In this document: one piece after another, positions 29,525 through 36,031 of the stretch
How the letters are laid out: every line of letters begins with the position of its first letter
Position numbering within the stretch: the first letter of the stretch is position 1
Assembly: GCA_964621435.1 (NCBI GenBank)
Contig: CAZUMV010000003.1
Coordinates: 1 to 41,078 of the forward strand
Length of the DNA: 41,078 nt
Source: an uncultured Thiotrichales bacterium
Lineage (GTDB): Bacteria; Pseudomonadota; Gammaproteobacteria; CAZUMV01
Reading direction: 5' to 3'
Notes under the pieces: model-generated
Database searches by the model: none
Told to the model about the DNA's origin: nothing
The model's input: only the letters and a program-made list of their open reading frames with translations
Translations under genes and position numbers: made by a program

Positions 29525-30032
29525 ATTTTTATATGTGATTTGTATCGCTTTTGTGTTGCTCGCTTGTGACCCGGTAGATCCGGTAGGTGAAAATACCGCA
29601 TTCGCCGGACGCAGCTTATGTTTTGAGAACTATCAGTTTTGCATAGATCCGATTTTTCACGCCAATTTACTTGGCAGTGCCGGGAGCGTTAACTGTTCTT
29701 CTAGCGGGTGCCATGATACCAATGCCGGGTCCGGTGGTGGTTTTAAAGTATTTTTATCGCCGGCATTGAATTCAGAAGAAATGCTGTCCAATTTTTATAC
29801 AGCTCAAGCGTTCGCTAACTTTAGCACACCATCTGATTCAAAGCTTTTGCTCGAACCACTTACTGGAACGTTTTCTGTAACAGGTAGTCACGCTGGCGGA
29901 GATATATTATTCAACCGGTCAGATCCTTGTTATTTAGCCATAATCGACTGGATTAATGAGCAGGTAAATGACGAAAACAGCAGTAGTTGTGGGCTATGCA
30001 CGCCGCCAACTCTGAGTGCCTGCGGCTATTAG
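29463..30032 (+). CDS. Small lipoprotein paralogous to the C-terminal domain of the preceding protein (CX4CH variant)
   Basis: The lipobox is 'VLLAC'. 'CSSSGCHDTNAGSGGGFKVF...SKLLLEP...IIDWI' aligns with 'CGSCHGAVGDDGEANGGFSAKRFVL...SSLLLTMP...IFTWI' in the upstream ORF. The start is uncertain, with 29463 ATG preferred. Confidence 0.5.
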   Translation: MTFKRFLRGLQRQQLVTTVPKFLYVICIAFVLLACDPVDPVGENTAFAGRSLCFENYQFCIDPIFHANLLGSAGSVNCSSSGCHDTNAGSGGGFKVFLSPALNSEEMLSNFYTAQAFANFSTPSDSKLLLEPLTGTFSVTGSHAGGDILFNRSDPCYLAIIDWINEQVNDENSSSCGLCTPPTLSACGY

Positions 30033-30083
30033 TCTGCAGTAGATTCAAGTAGAATTGACAGTTATCCAAAGGGACTTGTAGTC

Positions 30084-30836
30084 GTGATAAAAACTTGCCC
30101 GCGAGCATCAATTCTACTAATTGCGTTGTTATTCTGTGCTGACGGCTCTATTGCCGCGGACACACAGCTATTGCGCGTGCAAGTTACCGAACCGTATCTG
30201 GAGATGTACACGGGTCCAGGCCGGGGTTTTCCGGTGTTCCATGCAGTTGAGCGAGGCGCCTGGGTAGAAATTGTAAAGCGGCGAACAGATTGGTTTGAAG
30301 TTCGGACAAGACGCGGCAAAACTGGTTGGGTAAAACGTAGTGCACTTGAAAAAACCCGGTCAATGACTGGTTCACAATTGGTTTTTGATGGCGCCGGAAA
30401 AGGAGATTTATTCGGCCGGCCTCTGGAAATAGGGTTGGTCGGCGGCGCTTTGGAAAGTGATCCTTTGTTAGGTGCGCGGCTTGGGTATTATCTGACCGAA
30501 AGCATTTCGGTAGAACTCGTACTGAATCATGTGCCGGGAAAGTTTTCGCGCTCAATAATTTATGGCGGAAATATACAAGTACATCCGTGGCCGCAATGGC
30601 GCATATCGCCATATTTTTCATTGGGGTCAGGGGTTATTAGAAATGAGCCGAAAGCAACTTTGGTTGGTGTGAACAATGTTGATGCGACAGTTTGGAGTGC
30701 GGCCGCCGGTGCGCGTTATCGAATCAATGAAAAATTCATGTTTCGGGTTGAGGTTCGGGATCACCAGGCATTGGTAAATGACGCTAATACGCAGAACCTG
30801 CTGGAGATAACGGCCGGGTTTTCGTTTTTTTATTAG
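30084..30836 (+). CDS. Outer-membrane beta-barrel protein with an N-terminal bacterial SH3 domain
   Basis: A signal peptide is followed by the SH3b-like 'LEMYTGPGRGFPVFHAVERGAWVEIVKRRTDWFEVRTRRGKTGWVKRSAL'. Alternating amphipathic strands follow, ending in 'AGFSFFY' with an aromatic C-terminus. Confidence 0.62.
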   Translation: MIKTCPRASILLIALLFCADGSIAADTQLLRVQVTEPYLEMYTGPGRGFPVFHAVERGAWVEIVKRRTDWFEVRTRRGKTGWVKRSALEKTRSMTGSQLVFDGAGKGDLFGRPLEIGLVGGALESDPLLGARLGYYLTESISVELVLNHVPGKFSRSIIYGGNIQVHPWPQWRISPYFSLGSGVIRNEPKATLVGVNNVDATVWSAAAGARYRINEKFMFRVEVRDHQALVNDANTQNLLEITAGFSFFY

Positions 30837-30837
30837 G

Positions 30838-31494
30838 ATGATGGGAATGATTAATAACACAATAAAAATAATTTTGATCGTAGCTGGCTTTTCGCTAAGT
30901 AGCGTGCCCGCCGCTGAAGAAGTCGAAGACTCGCTTGCCGATGTTGAGCAGGTGGTAGTGCCGGAGGTTTACCGGCGCACGGTGAAAGCGCCAAAAATAG
31001 ATGCGCGAGACTTTGAGTTGACTTTATATGGTGGCGTGCTTGGTATGGAAAATTTTAGCTCCAGTCCGGTTGGTGGCGTGCGGCTGGCATATCATATTAC
31101 CGAAGATTTTTTCCTCGAGGCCGGGGTCGCGGCTTCGACAATCAACGATGAAGCGTTTCGACAATTCGGCTTGAATTTGTTTCCTGCAGAAGATGAAAGT
31201 CTGATTTATTATGATCTGGCGGTTGGCTATAACGTGCTCCCGGGTGAATTCTTTTGGGGCGAGAACTATGCAATTCCAACTCATCTGTACGTTATTGCAG
31301 GGGTAGGGAGTATCACTATTGTTGATGAAGATTTTTTTAGTGTTAATTTCGGCGCCGGGGTGCGCATGTTAGTAAGTGAGCGTTTCACCTTGCACCTTGA
31401 TGTACGTGACCGGATTTTTGAAAATACCCTGTTGGGTAGTGAGGACCTTACCAATAATCTTGAATTAACTGTTGGTGTTGGATTGCAATTTTAG
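30838..31494 (+). CDS. Small outer-membrane beta-barrel protein
   Basis: The product has a signal peptide and alternating hydrophobic strands, and it ends 'LTVGVGLQF'. It starts 1 nt after the upstream stop. Confidence 0.58.
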   Translation: MMGMINNTIKIILIVAGFSLSSVPAAEEVEDSLADVEQVVVPEVYRRTVKAPKIDARDFELTLYGGVLGMENFSSSPVGGVRLAYHITEDFFLEAGVAASTINDEAFRQFGLNLFPAEDESLIYYDLAVGYNVLPGEFFWGENYAIPTHLYVIAGVGSITIVDEDFFSVNFGAGVRMLVSERFTLHLDVRDRIFENTLLGSEDLTNNLELTVGVGLQF

Positions 31495-31505
31495 GAAGCT
31501 ATTAT

Positions 31506-32018
31506 ATGAGTCTTATAAGCAAACGCGTTGTAGTACTAATGTGCTTGTTGGCACTGCCGGCCTTGGCGGTTGGTAAATCAAGCATCGTAGGAAAAACTGC
31601 TCCGAATTTCAGGGCGCTTGGCCTGGATGGGTTTGGCTACAGTCTCGATCAATTTCAAGGCAAGGTTATTATGTTGAACTTCTGGGCGAGTTGGTGTGGT
31701 CCGTGTCGACAAGAAATGCCACCGCTGGAGAATCTTTATCGACAGTACCGTGGTCTCGGGTTTGTGGTTGTGGGGGTTAATGTCGATGAAACTCTAGAGC
31801 CAGCAAAGAAAATGATCGCCAAGCTTGCCGTTAGTTATCCAAACCTTTACGACAGTGATAAAAACATTAGTCGGGGTTATAACGTCAGCACGATGCCAAT
31901 GACGGTGATTATTGATGGCACGGGTAAAGTTCGTTATGTGCATCATGGCTATAAGTCGGGTTATATGGAAAAGTATCAGCGCGAGGTGCGTCAACTTTTA
32001 GCGGAGCTGGGTCGATGA
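31506..32018 (+). CDS. Periplasmic TlpA/ResA-like thiol:disulfide oxidoreductase
   Basis: The product has a signal peptide, and the active site is 'FWASWCGPCRQEMP' (WCGPC at 31692-31706). Confidence 0.85.
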   Translation: MSLISKRVVVLMCLLALPALAVGKSSIVGKTAPNFRALGLDGFGYSLDQFQGKVIMLNFWASWCGPCRQEMPPLENLYRQYRGLGFVVVGVNVDETLEPAKKMIAKLAVSYPNLYDSDKNISRGYNVSTMPMTVIIDGTGKVRYVHHGYKSGYMEKYQREVRQLLAELGR

Positions 32019-32251
32019 AAAATTTAGCAGTATTACTCTCAATATTACTTATGACTGGTTGTAGCAGCATCGAAAAGGTGCTTTCTCCAGAGCCCTGGGT
32101 TCCGCCCTATGAGCGCGGTGAGCTAGCTCAGCCAATCATGCAGTTTAGCCGCAACCCGTTGTCGGATAAATTTCGTCAGCATGTTTTAGATACCCGCGAA
32201 GGGGCTCGAGGTGCAACCGTGACTAAAGGTGGTGGGTGTGGTTGTAATTAG
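32015..32251 (+). CDS. DUF4266-like small lipoprotein ending in GGGCGCN
   Basis: The lipobox is 'LMTGCSS' and the product is 78 aa. 'PWVPPYERGELA' and the C-terminal 'KGGGCGCN' match my recollection of the DUF4266 family. The start overlaps the TlpA stop. Confidence 0.72.
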   Translation: MKNLAVLLSILLMTGCSSIEKVLSPEPWVPPYERGELAQPIMQFSRNPLSDKFRQHVLDTREGARGATVTKGGGCGCN

Positions 32252-33332
32252 TCGTTTAATGGTTGTTGTGATGCTGGTAATAGTCGGGCAGGCCGGAGCT
32301 GAAACTCTGCCAGAAGACCGGATCCAGGTTATGTACCACAGTTATGATGGTGGCGGGGTTACCGTTGACGGTCCGGCTGTTTTAGTGCGCAAAGAGCTTA
32401 AAGATCAATATTCCGTGAACGTGGGCTATTACCGGGACTCTATTAGTGGTGCCTCACCGGATGTAATCGCTACCGCGAGCCCGTACACTGAAAATCGCGA
32501 TGAGTTATCAATTGGTCTCGACGCGCTCCTGGGTAGCAGCTTGGTGTCGCTTACCTACATTAAAAGCGAAGAAAACGATTACGATGGCAATACCGTGCAG
32601 TTCGGAATTTCACAAAGCTTCTTTTCCCAGATGAGCACCTTGAGTCTAGGCTACTCGGTCGGCAATGACACGGTTGAACGAGTGGATAATGATTTTTCCG
32701 AAGATCTTAAGCGCTATCAATTTAGTGTCGGTTTAACGCAAGTTTTAACCAGCACCATGTTAATGAATCTAAGTGTCGAGGGTATTACTGACGAAGGATT
32801 TTTGAGCAATCCGTATCGCTCTGTTCGTATATTTGGTTCTTTCGCCGGGCCTGAGGTTTACCCCGATACTAGAACGAGCGCGGCGTATGCGATTCGGGTT
32901 AAGAAACTATTGTGGGGCGATGATGTCGTAACACTGGGTTACCGTTTCTATGACGACAGTTGGAGTATCACCGCGCATACCGGTGAAGTTGGCTTCACTC
33001 GAACCATGTCGGATCGATTGGTGCTCGATCTGGATTACCGTTTTTACGATCAATCCAGCGCGTCATTCTTCAGTAGCGATTTTCAAGGTTTGTTTCGCTT
33101 CATGGCCAGCGATAAAGAGCTGAGTTCATATCAGAGTCATACCGTGGGACTTGGTCTCACTTATGAGCTTTTTAACAATTATTTTTATGGTTTTGACCGT
33201 GGTGAGCTGGGCTTAACATATGATTTCAGGATCAATGAATATGATAACTACTTCGCACCGAACGCTAGTACTTCGGAGCTGTACGAGTTTGACGCAAATG
33301 TTTTCAATATTAACCTCTCGTTGTTTTACTAA
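32229..33332 (+). CDS. DUF3570-like predicted outer-membrane beta-barrel protein carrying an ApbE-type flavinylation motif
   Basis: A signal peptide is followed by 'IQVMYHSYDGGGVTVDGPAVLV', then beta-rich sequence ending 'INLSLFY'. The motif D-S-I-S-G-A-S lies at 32436-32456. The start is uncertain, either GTG 32229 or ATG 32259. Confidence 0.68.
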   Translation: MVGVVVISRLMVVVMLVIVGQAGAETLPEDRIQVMYHSYDGGGVTVDGPAVLVRKELKDQYSVNVGYYRDSISGASPDVIATASPYTENRDELSIGLDALLGSSLVSLTYIKSEENDYDGNTVQFGISQSFFSQMSTLSLGYSVGNDTVERVDNDFSEDLKRYQFSVGLTQVLTSTMLMNLSVEGITDEGFLSNPYRSVRIFGSFAGPEVYPDTRTSAAYAIRVKKLLWGDDVVTLGYRFYDDSWSITAHTGEVGFTRTMSDRLVLDLDYRFYDQSSASFFSSDFQGLFRFMASDKELSSYQSHTVGLGLTYELFNNYFYGFDRGELGLTYDFRINEYDNYFAPNASTSELYEFDANVFNINLSLFY

Positions 33333-33361
33333 CGAGATACGGAAATACGGAGATTTCAAAA

Positions 33362-34105
33362 ATGGTTGGCGTTAAAAAACCACTGATAATTTTATTCACA
33401 CTTTGTTTTTCGGCCGTTGTGTTTGCCGCTGAAGGCGAATCAACGACGACCGACATCGGTGATGAGGATAGTTCTTACACTATATTCGAAGGTGATACCG
33501 AGAGCTTGCGAGATGGCGAGTTAACAGCAGAGGGCGAGGCTGCGCTGCGCGAAGCACAAGCTAATGATGCCAATCAAACTACCTCAACCTTGCGTCCCGC
33601 AGAAAGTGATATCGGGCAGCCGAGTCAGGTTGATCTTGATAATGCCGACGAGCTATTAGCGGCGCAAGGTCTGGATGCAAATATTCAGTCATTGAAAGAA
33701 GAAGTTCTCGTGTTGAATCGTGAGCTCTTTTCGTTAGAAGAGGAATTGCTGTTCCCCTCGAACACCCAGTTTGCGGTATACGTGTCCATTGATGTGGGTG
33801 AATTTTTTGATATGGAATCGGTACGGGTTATTCTGGACAATAAGCCGGTTGCAAGCTATCTCTACACCAAGCGTGAGTCAGATGCGTTAATGCGGGGTGG
33901 AGTGCATCGTATTTACATGGGCAACCTGACGGCCGGATCGCACGAGTTGGTAGCGTACTATACCGGTCGCGGACCGCGCGGCCGCGATTTCAAGCGTGCC
34001 ACCAAACGTACCGTTAATAAAGAAATTGGCCCTAAATATGTCGAGCTCAAAATTTCTGATCGCGCTGGAAAAAAGCAATCCGAATTTATAGTTAAAGAGT
34101 GGTAG
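33362..34105 (+). CDS. Secreted protein with acidic N-terminal region, coiled coil and beta-rich C-terminal domain; unknown function
   Basis: GGAG lies 9 nt upstream of the start, and the signal peptide ends 'VVFA-AEG'. A heptad-like stretch 'IQSLKEEVLVLNRELFSLEEELL' is present. Confidence 0.55.
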   Translation: MVGVKKPLIILFTLCFSAVVFAAEGESTTTDIGDEDSSYTIFEGDTESLRDGELTAEGEAALREAQANDANQTTSTLRPAESDIGQPSQVDLDNADELLAAQGLDANIQSLKEEVLVLNRELFSLEEELLFPSNTQFAVYVSIDVGEFFDMESVRVILDNKPVASYLYTKRESDALMRGGVHRIYMGNLTAGSHELVAYYTGRGPRGRDFKRATKRTVNKEIGPKYVELKISDRAGKKQSEFIVKEW

Positions 34106-34129
34106 CGATCTAATCGTCGCCCGATTCCC

Positions 34130-36031
34130 ATGAGAACTTTCCAATCCATCGCTTTGCTCGTGTGCTTATTAAGCGTGAGCGCCTGGCAAGTTGTCTCGGC
34201 GGAGGCGAGCGAAGGAGATATTATTCGAGATCTCCCGTATGGAGAAGTGTTGTTCGATTTTTACCAGCAAAATTATTTTTTGTCGTTGGTGAATTTGATC
34301 AAAGCGCAAAATGACAATAGCGTGCCGCAGCACGCCGGTGAGGCCGAACTACTGCGCGGAGGTTTATACTTATCCTATGGTATGCGCACTCGCGCCGAAA
34401 ACATTTTCGAACAAGTGCTGGCAACCGAACAAAGTCCGGAAGTGAAGAATCGTGCTTATTATTATCTGGCGCGAATAGCCTACCAACGGGGGTTACTCGA
34501 TGATGCCTTGCTAAATTTGGCGAAAATTCGTGGCGATCTGCCGCAAACACTACGTGGTCGAGATGCACTCATGGCAGCGATTATAGAGATCAAACAAGAA
34601 AAGTATCGTGATGCTTTTACTCGTTTAGATGGCTGGCAAGGTGAAGCGGATATCCGTCACTATGTTGCTTATAACAAGGGCATCGCTGCATTGCGCCTGG
34701 GGCAAACTGACACCGGTACTGATTTGCTGGACTTGTTGGGGCGCGAAAACTTTCGCTCCGAGGAAACCGAACTACTGGCGCTTAAGGATCGGGCAAACCT
34801 TGCGATCGGGTTACATTTTTTGCGCCAGGATAGTGCGTCAGAGGCAAAACCATTTCTGGATCGGGTGCGACTGTCAGGTCCCTATTCTAGCAAGGCCTTG
34901 TTAGCGGCGGGTTGGTCGGATGCCCGTAATGAGTTTTACCAGCCCGCGTTAATTCCCTGGAACGAGTTAGCGGGGCGCAATTTGCTTGATCCGGCGGTGC
35001 AAGAATCTTTATTCGCGATACCGTATGCGCTTGCCAATGCTGGCGGTCTAAAGCAAGCTGCAGAAGCTTATCAAGATGCGCTCGATGTTTTCAAACAAGA
35101 GAAGGCAAACTTGATAGCGGCTATCGAGGGGCTAGAAGATAGTAACTATCTCGAGGTGTTATTGAGTAGCGCGCAAGATATTGAACTGGGTTGGTTCAGA
35201 GAATTGCAGGTCGTGGAAGACGCACCACACCCGTGGTATCTCGATGAGCTACTAGCTTCACACCGCGTCCAAGAATCCTTGAAGAATTATCGAGATCTGT
35301 TGTTTCTGGATCTTAACCTTAAAACGTGGGAAGAATCGATGGATTCTTTCACTAATATGGTCGAATTGCGCCGCGAAAAGCACGCCGCCGTGGCGCCGCG
35401 TGCACAGGCAGTGCTGCAAGCGGGTGAGCAAAATAATCTCCAGAATAAATTTGCCAAGCTCAGCGAAGTATATTTAAGTGCCGACGAAAAACAAAAACTG
35501 CGCTTGCTGGCAACACCAGCAGAGCTCGAGAAGCTACAGCGCATGGATAAATTGCAGACCATGATCGCGGCACATCCTAATGCTAAAGCGCACGACTATC
35601 TGCTCCGCCGGGTAGATTTTTTAAAAGGGATTTTGTTTTGGGAAATTTACAATACGCTCGATAATCGCAGCCAACGTTCTGGTAAAGAGCTGGCCGCTTT
35701 GGAGGCCGAGTTCGAGCAAAGTCGCGACTTTATAGACAGTATCAATAATTTGTTGCGCGAATTGCCAAATGGTTTTTCCGGTTTTGCTGAAAAAATACAA
35801 TCCAAGCGCGCGGGTATTGGTGCTACCAGAGTCAAGGTTGATCAGGTTTTGGCGGAACAAAAAGGACAGCTAACACAGCGTATCGTGGCGGAGTTGCAAG
35901 GGCATAAAAAGCGCATAGAAGAATTACAAATTCAGGCGGCTTTTGCGCTGGCGCAGATTTATGATAAAGATAGCGAAAAAGAACCGGATGAACAGGAAGA
36001 GCAACCACGCAACCGCGGGGTCGCGAGATGA
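34130..36031 (+). CDS. Periplasmic TPR-like / coiled-coil protein (633 aa); unknown function
   Basis: The signal peptide ends 'VVSA-EAS'. TPR-like helical repeats include 'AELLRGGLYLSYGMRTRAENIFEQVL' and 'YYLARIAYQRGLLDDAL'. The C-terminal region is a long coiled coil. Confidence 0.6.
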   Translation: MRTFQSIALLVCLLSVSAWQVVSAEASEGDIIRDLPYGEVLFDFYQQNYFLSLVNLIKAQNDNSVPQHAGEAELLRGGLYLSYGMRTRAENIFEQVLATEQSPEVKNRAYYYLARIAYQRGLLDDALLNLAKIRGDLPQTLRGRDALMAAIIEIKQEKYRDAFTRLDGWQGEADIRHYVAYNKGIAALRLGQTDTGTDLLDLLGRENFRSEETELLALKDRANLAIGLHFLRQDSASEAKPFLDRVRLSGPYSSKALLAAGWSDARNEFYQPALIPWNELAGRNLLDPAVQESLFAIPYALANAGGLKQAAEAYQDALDVFKQEKANLIAAIEGLEDSNYLEVLLSSAQDIELGWFRELQVVEDAPHPWYLDELLASHRVQESLKNYRDLLFLDLNLKTWEESMDSFTNMVELRREKHAAVAPRAQAVLQAGEQNNLQNKFAKLSEVYLSADEKQKLRLLATPAELEKLQRMDKLQTMIAAHPNAKAHDYLLRRVDFLKGILFWEIYNTLDNRSQRSGKELAALEAEFEQSRDFIDSINNLLRELPNGFSGFAEKIQSKRAGIGATRVKVDQVLAEQKGQLTQRIVAELQGHKKRIEELQIQAAFALAQIYDKDSEKEPDEQEEQPRNRGVAR

